Source: Chiloscyllium plagiosum
Lineage: Eukaryota
Direction of reading: 5' to 3'
Assembly (NCBI RefSeq): GCF_004010195.1
Contig: NC_057718.1
Coordinates: 63,408,012-63,472,011 of the forward strand
DNA length: 64,000 bases
Shown here: piece after piece, positions 1 through 14,369 of the stretch
Numbering within the stretch: the stretch's first letter is position 1
How the letters are laid out: each line of letters begins with the position of its first letter
Translations under genes and position numbers: made by a program
The notes under the pieces: model-generated
Told to the model about the DNA's origin: nothing
Seen by the model: the letters and a program-made list of their open reading frames with translations, nothing else
The model's database searches: none

Positions 1-1960
1 ACCACTGGTGAGAACCATTGGCAAGTGGATCACTATACAAGACATTCACCCATCTGACAAAGATCTCACCGAGACCAAACCATTCCAAAGTATAAACAAG
101 ATATGGCCACTGCATCTGGTCAAATGCCTTCTCTGCGTCTAAATAGATCACCAGTCCCTGAACCGATAGCTGCTGACATACTTGCACCATATTCAATAAT
201 CTTCTAATATTATTGGAGGACCTGTGGCCCTTTATAAAACCCGTATGGTTCTCCTCAACAATAGAGGGAAACATCCTCCCCAATCTCAACACAAGTGTCT
301 TGGATAAAATTTTATAAAGTCTGAATTTAACAGTGAAATGGGCCTATATTAGATTAGATTAGATTACTTACAGTGTGGAAACAGGCCCTTCGGCCCAACA
401 AGTCCACACCGACCCGCTGAAGCGCAACCCACCCAGACCCATTCCCCTACATTTACCCCTTCACCTGACACTACGGGCAATTTAGTATGGCCAATTCACC
501 TAACCTGCACATTTTGGACTGTGGGAGGAAACTGGGGCACCTGGAGGAAACCCACGCAGACACAGGGAGAATGCGCAAACTCCACACAGAGAGTCGCCTG
601 AGGCGGGAATTGAACCCGGGTCTCTGGCGCTGTGAGGCAGCAGTGCTAACCACTGAGCCACCGTGCCGCCCACAAATTGAAGCACAATGTGAAGCACAGT
701 CCTCCAGAGTCTTCCCTGTCTTGAGAATGAGAGAGATGTTAGGCTCTCAGGGATGGCAGGAGGCAGTCATGACTGTATGAATAGTTGTACACATCCAGCA
801 TCAGCCCTGACAATATATTTATAAATTCTCTGGAATTCACTCGGGAGACCACCTGGGCCGGTGCCTTTCCACTTTGAAGCTGTCGTACTGCCTGCTGTAC
901 CTCTCGTACTGTTAAGGGGGCATTAAGAGGAGACGTCTGTGCCGAGGTCACACCTGGAAGGTCCAGGTTCTTAAAACAAAACTCTTAGCCAACCTATATA
1001 GTTCGACATAGTTCAGAGTAAAATCTCCAAAATGCTGCATTGATCTTTTTAAGAGTCACAAGTAAGAATCCCACTGCCTTCTCTGATTGATGTAATGGAT
1101 TGGGGAGGGAGGTATTCTTTTTTCTGGCCAGATATGCCAGACCTACTGTCATGCTCAAACAGCTTTTAGTTCACGAAAGAGATTCTCTCTTTGCTCTTTG
1201 AGAGAGCATGGAGTACAATGTAACCCGGAGAGCTGTGACTCATTGCAATTTAGTTACTGATGCCCAAAATATGCTGTGTCGGCTGCCTTCAACCATGCCT
1301 TGAGCAGACGCTGCTGCTTTCCCTTCTGTCACTTTCGACTGGCCGAATAAGAGATATCCCCGTAGCGTACACTTTAGCAGTCTCCCAGAGTACAGACAGG
1401 TTACTAGCTGTACCCGAATCGATAGCCAAGAACACTTCAAATTCACTCGAGAAGTACTCGATACACTTACTGTCCTTGAGAATAAATGGAGCACTTTGCC
1501 AATGCTGCGAACCTGTTCCATTGCCATTAATCTTAACCTCCAAATACTGCCGCATGATCAGAAATGGCTATGTTTCCAATTTTACAGGACATCACCGAAT
1601 CCAGAAAAACCGAGGGGAGCTAAAAATGGTCTATCCTAGTAAGACACTTTTGCGGATTAGAGAAAAAGTGTGGAGACATGTCCAAATGTCCACCAGTCCC
1701 AATTCCACACATCAGTCAACTAGTTGCTTAGATTGCGAGAGATGTTTGGGGGACTTTTGGGCATTCTATCTACTGTGGGGTTCATCGGATGATTAAAGTC
1801 TCCCCCTATAATACTGTTTTGCATTCCAAGGGCAATCAAAATAGAAAGTGCATCAGTCAGGAATTTGAGGGGGTGTGCTGGGAGACTAAACATTTAGAAT
1901 GCCATACTCTTCACCGTGTATTAAAGCTTTAAGAATTACGAACCGCCTATATTCATCTTT
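1..1960 (-). mobile_element. Decayed L1/Tx1-clade LINE ORF2 fragment (endonuclease through start of RT), interrupted by a SINE at 350-671
   Basis: Minus-strand ORFs 1289-1555 (HWQSAPFILKDSKCIEYFSSEFEVFLAID...VLWETAKVY) and 739-951 (LNAPLTVREVQQAVRQLQSGKAP) resemble the L1 ORF2 linker and RT-start motifs; many stops and frameshifts. Confidence 0.75.
350..671 (-). mobile_element. HE1-type tRNA-derived V-SINE, full length
   Basis: Reverse complement starts GGGCGGCACGGTGGCTCAGTGGTTAGCACTGCTGCCTCACAGCGCC (tRNA-like head), contains the V-domain TGTGTGGAGTTTGC..TCTCCC..GTGTCTGCGTGGGTTTCC and ends in an (AATCT)n tail. Confidence 0.9.
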
Positions 1961-1989
1961 AATTTGGTCTAATAACTTAAATGGGAGAT

Positions 1990-3010
1990 CTTCTGGACAA
2001 GTATGGACAGTAGGCATAAATGAGCAACTCTAAGGTTGGCAAGATGTAACAAGTGCCACAGTGATCTGTGCTGAGGCCTCAAATCTTAACAGATCATATA
2101 AATGATTTAGATGAATGAATTGAAGGTATGGTAGCTAAATTTGGAAAAGTAGTTGGGAAGAAGAGATAAGGAGGGTATAAAGATCATGGATGTGTTAGGT
2201 GAGTGGACAAAGATCTGAAAATGAAACAATGTAGGAAAACGTGAAATTGTCTATTTGGCAAGAATAGTAAAAAAGTACTTGTATCTCAACTGGAGAGTGA
2301 TCACAGAATCTTGAGACTCAGAAATCTGGGTTGCCAAGTGCTTTAAGCTTAAAAGATTAGTATGAAGGTACAGCAAGTAATTCTGAGAGCTGATGGAATG
2401 TTAAAGTTTAGAGCAAAGGGAATTGAATATGAAAGTGCACAATTATGCTTCAATTATACATGGCACTGCTGAGACAACATTTGGAGACCCAGAATATCAA
2501 TCCCCTTAATTAAAGAATGATAGAAATTCAATGGAGGTACTTCAGAGAAGGCTTACTAGAGTATCTGTCATGGGAATGGATGAGATGTCTTAGGATGAAA
2601 GGCTGGACATGCCAAGCTTGTATCCATTAGAATTTAGATTGACTGAAATATTTAAATTCCTGAGGGTACTTGACAATGTAGATGTGGAAAGAAAGAAAGG
2701 TTTCCTCTAGTGGAAGAATCTAATATAAGGAGATCACTGATTCAAAATTAGGAGTTGCCCATTTAAGACAGAGATAAGGCAAATTGTTCTCCCAGTGGCT
2801 TTGGTATCTTTGGAATTTGTCCTCAAAAAGGTGGTGGAGGCAGAATTTTTGAATGTTTTTAAAGGCAGAGATAGGTAGATTCTTGATAAGCAAAGGGGTG
2901 AAAAGTTATCGGAGGTAGTCAGGATTCTTTAGTTGAGATTAAGATTAGATCAGTCATGATCTTGTTGAGTGGAGGACTGGGCTTGGCTTCAGTTAACTCA
3001 ATGACCCAAT
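1990..3010 (+). mobile_element. Old, decayed CR1 LINE 3' fragment
   Basis: Remnants of the CR1 RT C-terminus and the 3' UTR motif AGATCAGTCATGATCTTGTTGAGTGGAG. Confidence 0.7.
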
Positions 3011-4399
3011 TTCTACTGTTTCCTGGGAAAGAGAATTGTACAATTCTCTCGAAGAGATAAATGATCTTGTCTCATCTATTCTTCTCAAACTGATCACTCA
3101 AACTCTAGTTTCTCCTACAAGGAAAACATCCCCTCAGAATCCACCCTATTAGGTTTCCTCAGGAATTTTTTTAATCCCCCCCCAATAAGATCATCTCTCA
3201 TCGTTCTAAACTTACAACGGTAGAAACCTGTAAAATCCCATCCTTCAGAATCCACAGGATACTGTGGGTATTTAAGTGTGGAACACTTAAATGAATAGCA
3301 GAACTTTGGAAAGCTAGAACAAGAGTTTAGCCTTTTTCAAAAATTTCTTCCTGGCCAACTGCTATCTTTCATTTTGCCAACTCACACATTAGGTGGTTAA
3401 AATTCCCCAAGCCTTACCTGGTTTCTCTGGAAACAAAAGTTGCATGCCCATAATTTTGCTCTATAGTCCACTTGACTGTTTTAAAATAAGAAAAAAAAAA
3501 TCAAGTCATTCTTGTTACTTTGAAGAACAACTTTATTTTTCATTATGCAAATTTTTTTTATTTACTTTGAGCATATTTAAAATGGGGCACATATCACATC
3601 ATTCAATTTCGTCCATCTATAAAACTCAAAAATTGCGAAATTAAGTATTGTACTAGTCTGACAAAATACACTAGGCTACGTCACATGGTGATTGCTCATA
3701 ACTAATGGTTTTATTTAAAATAATAGGAATATTTTCTCTTTTTCTGGCCAAGTCTAGTCTGATCAGTCTCATTGTATATAATATTCGTTAGTAGCACACC
3801 AATCCAAATCAGAACACCTAGGCAAAAATATTCGTGACCATTTCAATGTAGTTTACCTGACTGAATCAGAAAATTAGGGATTTAAATAGCTGACACTGCA
3901 AGGAAGTCAAATATAATCAAATCGATCAATTTACTTCAACCTGCAGGTTTTCATTCAGTCTCCAATAAACCACCCTAATCATGTCACCTCATATTTTAAG
4001 CATAGAAAAGATTGCTGAAAAGGTCATACGTCCCAAAAATTGGAAGATCTCATCAAATAGCATGTATTCTTAGTTGTTTATAACAGACAAGGTTCAGATC
4101 ATACTCAACCAGCGTGCATTTACAGCACTAACAAGAGTGTCCAAATGGCACACATTCCAGAACATACCCTAAATAATCCTGAGTGTGGGAAGAGTTATGC
4201 TCAGAAATAATTGAGGATCATCAGTTGAGAATCATTGTTGGCATATTTGTACATACCAGAAGCTACATAGATTAATACATGAAGCCCTGTTCTTTGTAGA
4301 TAGAAAGAACATGTATACACACCATTTCAATGCAAGAGGTGAAGCCATTATCTGCTTCATTTTTCAGAGTGATACTTGTTGGTCAAAGTCAACACACCA

Positions 4400-4600
4400 G
4401 ATTTAAAATTTAAACAAAGCTTAGCAGTTGTCAGTCATCATTAACTGATACAGTCGCCATGGCAATGCTTCCATCAAAGACTACTTGCCAACAATCAGCT
4501 CTTTCCTCTCAGAGGATAATATTGTTTTTTGGGTTTTATTTGGTACTTCTTGTGAATTGTCCTGATGAGGGCAAGAATAAAACTTTGACAAAAAAGGTTT
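4400..4600 (+). mobile_element. Probable Penelope-like terminal repeat fragment with degenerate hammerhead-like motif
   Basis: TGTC-CTGATGA-GGGCAAGAAT-AAAACTTT-GACA at 4558-4590; TGTC/GACA could form stem I; the GAAA core is mutated. Confidence 0.4.
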
Positions 4601-4872
4601 TTCAAAGATAGTGCATCAACAGCCTTAATTTTAAAATGTAATATAAATTATTCCAAAGATCATATCAAGACAGAATCCATATGCTGGTGGTCAAATTCAA
4701 TAGAAAGCAAATTACTGCATAATCATGCCACTAATCAAAACTGCATTTCATTGGAAAATGCTACAAAATCCACTTTGTTGTGACTTTTGAGAAAGTAGTT
4801 TAATTGTTACAAAATGACCTAAACAACATTACAGGTACAAGAATCTTGAAATTAAAAATACCTCACATTTGT

Positions 4873-5205
4873 GGGCGGCACGGTAGCACAGTGGTTAGCA
4901 CTGCTGCCTCACAGCGCCAGAGACCTGGGTTCAATTCCTGCCTCAGACAACTGTCTGTGTGGAGTTTGCACATTCTCCCTGTGTCTGCGTGGGTTTCCTC
5001 CGGGTGCTCCGGTTTCCTCCCACAGTCCAAAAAATGTACAGGTTAGGTAAATTGGCCATGCTAAATTGCCCGTAGTGTTAGGTGATGGGGTAAATGTAGG
5101 GGAATGGGTCTGGGTGAGTTGCTCTTCGGAGGGTCGGTGTGGACTTGTTGGGCCGAAGGGCCTGTTTCCACACTGTAAGTAATCTAATCTGTAAGTAATT
5201 TAATC
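4873..5205 (+). mobile_element. HE1-type V-SINE, full length
   Basis: Same head, V-domain and tail as the copy at 350-671. Confidence 0.9.
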
Positions 5206-5565
5206 CAGGAGAAAAAGAAATGTGCACATACAATATGACTAAATGAAATGAAGAAAAAACAGGCCAAGGATATTAACCTAATAAAGGCGTTCTGATGTCT
5301 GTATTAAATATTCAATATTTAATGGTTTATAACATTAATTTCAATAAGAAAATTACATTTCTGCATTAAAACCTCTTCAGGTTCTGGATTGTACACTTTT
5401 GAAAATATATTGGTACAATGTTACGATTTTGCTTGCTGTTGGATCAATTTTCTTTTAGTAAGGGTTGACAGTATGTTGGAATGAGGTCCACAGCAAAACA
5501 ATAATCAATTCTAATTTCATTTCTATTGGTTTATTGCTTGCAATATACTAACGTATAAATAACTA

Positions 5566-5874
<309 letters not shown>

Positions 5875-7009
5875 CTACAAAAAAAAACAAAATCACAAAA
5901 ATGATACAGCACAGGACATAGCCATTCAGCCAACATCATCTCCAAACAACTAATTCAGCTAGTATTTCCCATACCTTTTCTTCATACCATGCAGCCTTTT
6001 CAGGTAATATTTAAAGATACTTGCTCTGAATGCACCACATAAGCATTGAAAATATGGAGAGAGCAAAATTCAGATATGACAATTGCAAATATATATATTT
6101 TTTAAAATCACTCTCTTATGTAGATTGAATACATACAGGGAGATTTTTACTAAAACACAGTATTTAAAGATATAACAAATGACATTTACCTAGACATGGC
6201 GACACTCCTCTTTCTTATATTGGGGATAGGAATTTAATGCTCTCCAACTTGGCAAGCTTGGAGGAAGGGAGAGCATTTCAATCAGATGGGAGGATGATGG
6301 GTAGAGGTGCCTTTCTGACTCTGGTTATACGTCCATGGTAGAGCAACCCATGGATCGCCATTTCGTCAAGCTACTCATTCTGCTGCTTCTGATATTTACC
6401 CAAGCTTTCCAGTTTCCTTAAATTGTACTATATCTGCCTTGTACCCTTTTCTACTTATGCAAATTGTATAATTCTACCACACTGAATACATGTCAACTTT
6501 AAAAAGTGTTGAGGAATAATCTGAATATCAGATATATTTATCACATTGTAAATCCTATTAAACAGAAGTACTTTGGAATGATGAAATTCAACAATACAAA
6601 ATTCTCTAAGCTATTCAAGGCATAATTTAAAAACGAAATCAATCTATACAATCCCACTTGATCCCAACATTCTACAATTCATCAGTTTAGCATCTGGATA
6701 GTGAATAACATCGTATTACTTGATATTAAGCATATCATCATAAAAATCAGTTACCCAAATCACTGTAAATTCCAAGTTTGCAGATAGTAAACAAAGTTCC
6801 AACAGAGTACCATAAGTAGTTTCAAATCTAAAGTATATTATGAATATTAAATATGGTAAGCAGTCGTCATTGGGCAGAATGTTCTCATTTACAGTTAACA
6901 GTGAGATTAGAGGCTCCTGATCCAAAATCGCTCAGAGAGACTTTTCACATGGAATCTCCTGCTCTTCAGTTCATCTATGAGGCTCCCCAGCTGCATATTT
7001 CTTAAGAAT

Positions 7010-8360
7010 ACTCAAATCCACTGGAGAATAAGAGGCAATTTTATTGAAACATTCAAATTCTTAGAGATCTTGACAGAGCAGATCTGGAGAGGATACATCC
7101 TCTTATTGGAGAATCTCGAACTAGGGGTCACTTTAAAAATTAGGGGTCACCTATTTAAAAAAAAGAGACAAAATTTGTTCTCTCAGAGAATTGTGGGTTT
7201 TTGAAACTCTCCTTGAAAAGTTGGTGGAACAACATATTTGAATGATTTTAAAGTAGCAGTACATAGAATCTTGTTAAGCAAGGTATTGAATGGTAGTAAG
7301 AGGCATGCAAGAATGTAGGTTTGAGGTTACAATCAGATCAGCCATGATCTTATTGATTAGTTGAGCAAACTCAAGACACTGATTGGCCTCCTCCTGTTCC
7401 TGATTCATATATGCTTCAGGAACTGCATGTTAGGACCTTTGGCATTCACGTTGCTGGCAGCCTACTTAAAGCTGCACGCTAGATCAGATGCTGCAAACTA
7501 AAAATCGCCCCTCACATTACGATGCTCAACTGTCTTCATGAAGGATATGGCCAAAGGGAATAAAAGCTCAAATAGGAGCAAAGTAGTTGACACTGGAAAC
7601 CCAAAATTAAAAAAAATTATTGGAGAAACACCAATTGTAGCAGCATCTGGGGAAAGAGTAGCAGAGTCAATGTTTCGAGTTCAATATGACTCAAAATTTG
7701 ATCACATCAAAAAACATTGATTTAATTTTCTTTGAGGGTATAACTGGATGTGTAGATGAGGATAATGCAGCTGATGTAGTCTACATGGACTTCATCAAGG
7801 TTTTTGACAAGGTGTCACATGGGAGACCAATCAAGTCAGCAAGCACCTATAGGATTCAGGGCAATTTGATAAACTGGATCCAAATTAATTAGGTTGCAAC
7901 AGGCAGAGGATGCTAGTCTTTTTGAGAGTGGTAGCCTGTGTCAGCATCGTAGCACAGTGTTTGGTCAGTAAGTTTGCAGATGGGACAAAAATAGTAAATA
8001 GGGGCAAGAAGAGCCTTATACTACAGGTCAATATATATGGATTAGTCGGTCAGAACAGTAGAGTTTAGTCTTGAAAATAAGAAGTTAATTATTTTGGGAG
8101 AACTAACATGGAAGTACTGATGATAAGAAGTGCCTTATTGTGTACTTCTATTGATTCTTTCTCACAGACGACAGTATGTGGAAGTCACTAGCTGAAAGGG
8201 TGGAAGAGACAGAAACCATCAGGACATTTCATAAATATTTAGATTGAGACTTGAGATGCTCTAGCATCAAAAGTTACAGATCAAGTACTGGAAAAAGTAA
8301 CTGGATTAAGTGAGTGTTTGTTTATCAGCACAAACACAACTGGTGAAAGGGCTTCTTTTC
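7010..8360 (+). mobile_element. Old CR1 LINE fragments
   Basis: RGNFIETFKFL and FFEGITGCVDEDNAADVVYMDFIKVFDKVSHGR motifs; CR1 3' UTR AGATCAGCCATGATCTTATTGA. Confidence 0.7.
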
Positions 8361-11150
8361 TATTTGTATGATGATAGGTCTATGGTTCTTCCATGCAATT
8401 AGAGGAAGGTGAGTAAATCTGGATGCATGAGTGAGTGAGTGAGTGAGTGAGCACATGTGTGCATGATTTGCAGGCTGGATGGTTTTCTGCCACACTGGCT
8501 CCTACATAAGCATAGTCCTCTAGTCAGGAAGCTATCAAAATATTTTGCCAAGCAATTGTCCCTCAGTTCCGAATCCATCGGCGCCCTGGCATCTGCATCC
8601 GTTCTCACTATTCCAAGAAAACACAACATTATATACAACTCACAATGTGCTCCAGTAAACATCTTTTCTCAAACTGCAGCCACCCTTTCACAGTGTCCTT
8701 GGTGCAAAGCATTCTCTTTCTTTTTTAGTCCACAGTGAAAAATTAAAGAAAATAAAAGGCACTGTCTTTACACTTGTTTGCTGCATAAGCTGCTGGCAGA
8801 TACTACAGGTGAGACGCTGATGTAGCAAAGTGTTCCACAATGATATGTCCATCTCCTGTTCAGTACATCCTATCCTAACAACCTGCCTCCCCCACTGTGC
8901 TGAGAAGCAATGAAAGCCAGAGATGCTGGCAGCCTGTATCTGAGCTCTAAAGACCTGTGTGCGAAAAAAGCCATCTATGAACTAGAAGATGCATCTGTAC
9001 AAATGCAGCAGATGCATGTGTTCCTGCATGCAAAAATAACCTGGCAGAAACATGAAAGTCATAGCGCATCTAAGTTTCAAAGTAAAAGTGTCAAAGGGCA
9101 TGGTGAAGTTGGTGGTTTGCCGATGTGGACATCCATGGATGAAGAGGGAGTAGGATGGTGGCAATGGAGCATGGAGGGACATTGTGAGGCAATTGCCCCA
9201 ATGGCTGAGACAAGCATTTGGCAAAGTGCAGCTGCCTGGCTTATAAGTCAGGTGTTTGTGCTATTTAGTTTCTTGGGAAAGGAGAGAATTGGAAGTCCAG
9301 TTGGGGCTTCTAGTGAGATGCAAAAGCTTGGAAATAAAATAGTCACTACTCAATGGGGCGATTCTAAAATCACCATTTAAGTTTATGGGTAACATTGAAA
9401 ACTTTTCACTCAACGCTGAGATTCTTAATTTTCCATTTTCTCCATACTTCTTGACTTTTCACAACGTTGCTCACAGCACACCAGGGAGGGGAAATGTTCC
9501 CTTTTTCCTTATCTGGCTTCAGAATTTATGACCTTCAACCAATGGTAAAGCACAGAAAGGTCTCCTCTAATGCCATAATTATTCATCCAACTTCTTCTGA
9601 ATGTTACTAATAAAATTGGCCAAGACCACACTTTCATACTTCTCAGATCACAATATCTGATTGAGTTTAAAAAATATTTCCTCAGTTTCTCTCTAGTCTT
9701 TTCTTGCCAGTCACCTTAAATCCAAGTCCTCTGGTTTCTTCTGTCAACTCTGGAAAAAACATCTTGCTTGATTGCCACTATATCCACAAACATCCACCCC
9801 CTCCACCGCCAACGCTCGGTAGCAATGAGTACCACTGTGAGATGCACAGCAGAAATTCACCAAGGCTTCTGTCAAAGTATCTTTCAAACCTACTACCACT
9901 ACAATCTAGAAGGATAGGGACAGCAGATACATAGGAACACTGCTGACTTCAAGTTCCCTTCAAAGCCATCCTGACTTAGAAATACATCGATGTTTCTTCA
10001 GCGTAACTGGGTCAAAGTTCTGGATCTCCCTCCATAATGGCATTGTGGGTCTACCCAGAACGCATGGACTGCAGCATTTCAAGGCGGCAAAGCATCAACA
10101 CAGTATCAAGGATAGCTAGGGATGGTCCCATCAAGCGAAACTCTCATCTCATAACTGAATAAAAAAATTGCCCAGATGTGCCCTGTCCACAAAGAGTAGG
10201 GCAAATCCAACATAGCCATTTACCGCCCCATCAGCTTACTATCAATCATCAGCAAATTTATGGAAGGAGTCATCACTAGTGCTATCAAGCACCACTTTTG
10301 AAGAAATAACCTGCTCACTGACAGTCAATTTGGGTTCTATCAGGACCGCTTGGCTTCTGAACCCATTACAGCTTCTGTCCAAACATGGATAAAACTACTC
10401 ATTTTCAGAAAAAGGGAGGGCAACTAGCCATGACATTCAGGCAACATTTGACAAAGTGTGGCAGCAAGGAACCTGATCCTAATCAGAAACCATTGGCAGA
10501 GGGAAAATTCCTGTCTCGCTGACAGGAATTGGACTATGATACAAATATTTGAGATCCTTAGGATAGTGAATCAGAAGATAGAAAAGGCATGCAAGAAAGA
10601 TACTTTTACAATAAATATGGGGACTTCTCAATATGCAGGTGGACAGGGTAAATCAGATGAAATCACAGTGACAGCCTTTGACATCAAGGCTGCATTTGAC
10701 ACAGTGTGGCATCAGTAGCCCTAGCAAAACTGGAATCAATGGAAGATAGAGGGATGGTTGTGGTTGTTGGAGGTTCGATCATCTGATCTCCAGAACACCT
10801 CTGCAGGAGTTCCTCAGGGTAGTGTCCTAGGTCCAACCATCTTCTGCTGCTTCAACAATGACCCATCCACCATAACGTCAGAAGTAGGGATGCCCCACCA
10901 GTATTTGCACAATATTCAGCACCATTCATGACTCCTCAGATACTGAAGCAATACATGTTTGAATACAAGATCTGAACAATACCCAGCCTTGAGTTGACAA
11001 ACAGCAAGTAACATTTGTGCCACACAAATGACAGGCAATGGCCATCTTCAATAAGAGCCAATCTCACTACTGCCCCATGACAGTTAATGGTATACCATCA
11101 ACATTTTTGGAGTTACCATTGACCAGAAACTCAACAGGACTCACCACATA

Positions 11151-12354
11151 GTTGAGTGTGTGGTGCTCGAAAAGCACAGCAGATCAGGCAGCAACCGAGG
11201 AGCAACAGAATCGACATTTTGGGCATAAGCCCTTCATCAGGAATGAGGCTTGTGGGCTGGGAGGGCTGAGAGATAAATGGGACAGGGTTGGGACTGAGGG
11301 GAAGGTAGCTGGGATTGTAATAGGTACCCGCACATCTCCCCTTGAACCCCATCCCTCCAATCGCAACAACGACAGAACCCCCAGCCCCACCAACCTCCAG
11401 ATATGTTGTATCAGCCTCCGCCTCAACCACCACCTACAAACAGACTCCACACCGAGAGATATATTTCTCTCACCACCCTTACCTGTGTTTGAGAGAACAC
11501 CATTTCCTACGCAACTCTCTTGTCAGATCCACGCCACCCCCCAAGCCCACTCCCGCACATTCCCTGCCAAAAGAAGTGCAAAATCTGAGTCCACACTTCT
11601 CCCCTCACCTCCGTTCAATGCCCCAAAGGATCCTTCCATATCTGACAAAAATTTGCCTATACTTCCACCTCCGTTCAATGCCCCAAAGGATCCTTCCATA
11701 TCTGACAAAAATTTGCCTATACTTCCACACACGTCATCTACTGTATCCATTGCACCCGACGTGGTCTCCTCTACATCAGGGAGGCAGGATGCCAACTTGT
11801 AGATCATTTCAGAGAACATCTCTGGGAGACACCCGCACCATCCAACCCCATTGCTCTATGGCTGATCAAATTAACTCCCCCTCCCACTCCACCAAGGACA
11901 TGTAGATCCTGGACCTCCTCCATCGCCAATCCCTAACCACCTGATGCCTGGAGGAAGAATGCCTCAACTTCCGCCTTGGGATCCTGCAACCATATGGGAT
12001 CAATGTGGATTTCACCAGTTTCCTTATTTCCCCTCCCCTTACATTATCCCAATCGCAAGCCTCCAATGCGGCACCGGCCTCTTGACCTATCTATCTTTCT
12101 TCCCACCTATCCCCTCCCACCTATCCTCTTTTCCCCCCCGCACCTATCACATTCCCAGCTACCTACCCTCCAGCCCCACCCCCTCCCATTTATCTCTTAG
12201 CCTCCCTGGCCCACAAACCTCATTCCTGATGAAGGGCTCATGCCCAAAACGTTGATTCTCCTCCTCCTCCTCGGATGCTGCCTGACCTGTTGTGCTTATC
12301 CAGCACCACACTCTCGAGTCTGATCTACAGCATGTGCAGTCCTCACCTTCTCCT
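11151..12354 (+). mobile_element. Penelope-like element (GIY-YIG region plus terminal repeat, with an inverted terminal-repeat copy at the 5' end)
   Basis: Decayed GIY-YIG-coding segment; terminal repeat CATTCCTGATGAAGGGCTCATGCCC...GCAGTCCTCAC; inverted copy at 11155-11320; imperfect TSD AC(A/T)GGACTCACCAC(A/G)TA at 11134-11150 and 12355-12371. Confidence 0.8.
11606..11728. repeat. Perfect 60-bp tandem duplication inside the Penelope-like element
   Basis: CACCTCCGTTCAATGCCCCAAAGG...CCTATACTTC repeated with period 60. Confidence 0.95.
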
Positions 12355-13214
12355 ACTGGACTCACCACGTAAACACAATAGCTACAAGAGCAGGTCTGAG
12401 GCTAGGAATACTGCAGCGAGTAACTCACCTCCTGTCCATCATCGATATGGCACAAGTCAGGAGGGTAATGAAATACTCCTCACTTGCCTGGATGGGTGCA
12501 GCACCAACAATACTCAAGAAGCTTGACACTATCCGGGACAAAGCATCCCACTTGATTGGCACTACATCCACAAACATCCACCCTCTCCACCACCAATGCT
12601 CAGTAGCAACAGTGTGTACTATCTACAAGATGCACTAAAGAAATTCACCAAAGATCCTTAGACAGCACCTTCCAAATGCATGACGATCTCCATGTAGAAG
12701 GACAAGGATAGCAGATGCATGAGAACATCACCACCTGCAAGTTCCCCTCCAAGTCACTCACTAGCCTGATTTGGGAAACATATTCACTGAGTCTTCGCTG
12801 TTGCTAGGTCACAATACTGGAATTCCCACCTTAACAGTATTGCGGGTCAACCTACAAGGGCAACCAGGAACAGGCAATAAATGCTAGCCAGCCAGTGACG
12901 TTCACATCCCAAGAAGGAATGAAAAAAAATAGGGTTGAGAAACATATTAGCCATGATAAAATCGCAGAACAGTCTCTGGTCTGAATGGTCTAGCTCTGCT
13001 CCAATATCTTATGGTCACAGTCCAAAAGCTCTATAACTGCTCCATTAATGAGCTCGCCCTTTAAAAGATAGAGATATTTATTAATTGTTGTACAATGTCA
13101 GCATGATTTGCAACCCTCTCAGTTACTGAAACAATCTGAATCCAAATGCAGCAAGACCTGGATGACATCCTGGCTTGAAATAGTAGCAAGTAACATTCGT
13201 GGGAGGGTTTAAGC

Positions 13215-13326
13215 CTAAACGTTGACTCTCCTCCCCCTTCCTCAGATGCTGCCTGACCTGTTGTGCTTTTCCTTCGCCACACGTTTTGACTCTGATCTTC
13301 AGCATCTGCAGTCCTCACTTTTTCCC
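13215..13326 (+). mobile_element. Solo Penelope-like terminal repeat fragment
   Basis: AAACGTTGACTCTCC...GATGCTGCCTGACCTG...CAGCATCTGCAGTCCTCACTTT. Confidence 0.7.
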
Positions 13327-14369
13327 AGTTGTTAAGACCCAGGTAATGACCATTTACAACAATAATAAATTGAATCATCACCCCTTGATATTCAAAGACA
13401 ATACTTTCACTGAATTCCAACTATCAATATCCAGAGAGTGAACTGCAGTTATAACAGCAAGTCAGAGTTCAGGAATTCTGATGAAGTAAACACACCTCCT
13501 GACTTCTCAAAGCCTGCATACCATTTACAAGATACAAGTCAGGAGTGCAATGGAATATTATTTGCTTGGATGGATGCAATCCAAAATCATTCAAGCAGCT
13601 TAACACCATCCAAGACAAATTCATCTATTTCATGGTCAAACCATGTAGCACCATCAACATTCACCCCCCTCCATCATTAACCCCATGGCCCTATGACAGC
13701 GGTGTGCACTGAGATCACATTGCAACAACTTACCAAGGCTTCTTAGAAAGCACTTTCCAAACTTGCGATTTCTATCACTCCAAAGGGGAAATGTAGCAGA
13801 TACATTAGAACATCACCACCTGCAACTTCCCTATTAAGTTCCCTATCAATATTACTCAAGATTTTTAACATTTCTACCAAAGTTCCTTTTCACATTCTCC
13901 ACTGAAAGGAGAACAGCGCCAATGTCTCCATTCTCTCCAATAATTGAAATCCCTCAACTACATGACCATACCAACAAATCAATTTTGCACTTTTTTTTTT
14001 AAAAGGACTTAACATCCTTCGAAACAGTTTCTTGCATAATACTGTGGTCTAATCAGTATTTTATAATGGGTTAGTACAATGTCCTTGCTTTTAAACTCCA
14101 TTGCTCTATCAAAACTACAATTTGCTCTTAACAGCCAATGATTTGTCACTGCACTTCCTATAAAATTGTGTTGCCTCACCTCAATTCTTTGTACCAAAAT
14201 TTATAATTTCCTACTTCTCTACCATGGCCTATTCCAGTAGACCATGTCATCCTGAATCTGCTTTGATCTGCTTCATTGTCTACCACTATTTGACCCTTAT
14301 ATTAAATTTGAAATAGGCTCCATTTGCTCAAGTTAGGTCATTTAAATCAAAAACAGCACTGACCCTCAG

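Larger units (their letters stand above)
9815..12930 (+). mobile_element. CR1/L2-group LINE fragments (second family), split by a Penelope-like insertion at 11151-12354
   Basis: AFDIKAAFDTVWHQ and SAGVPQGSVLGPTIF RT motifs; 3' tail GGCAATAAATGCTAGCCAGCCAGTGACGTTCACATCCC...AAAAAAA at about 12875-12929. Confidence 0.7.

Noticed and set aside
350..671. tRNA gene calls at SINE heads
   Set aside because: The A/B boxes continue into the V-domain and LINE tail; these are SINEs, not tRNA genes
8400..9480. 156-aa ORF 8910-9380 as a host gene
   Set aside because: No recognisable domain or splice structure; it lies in SEC23B intron 1 on the opposite strand and is probably a decayed repeat
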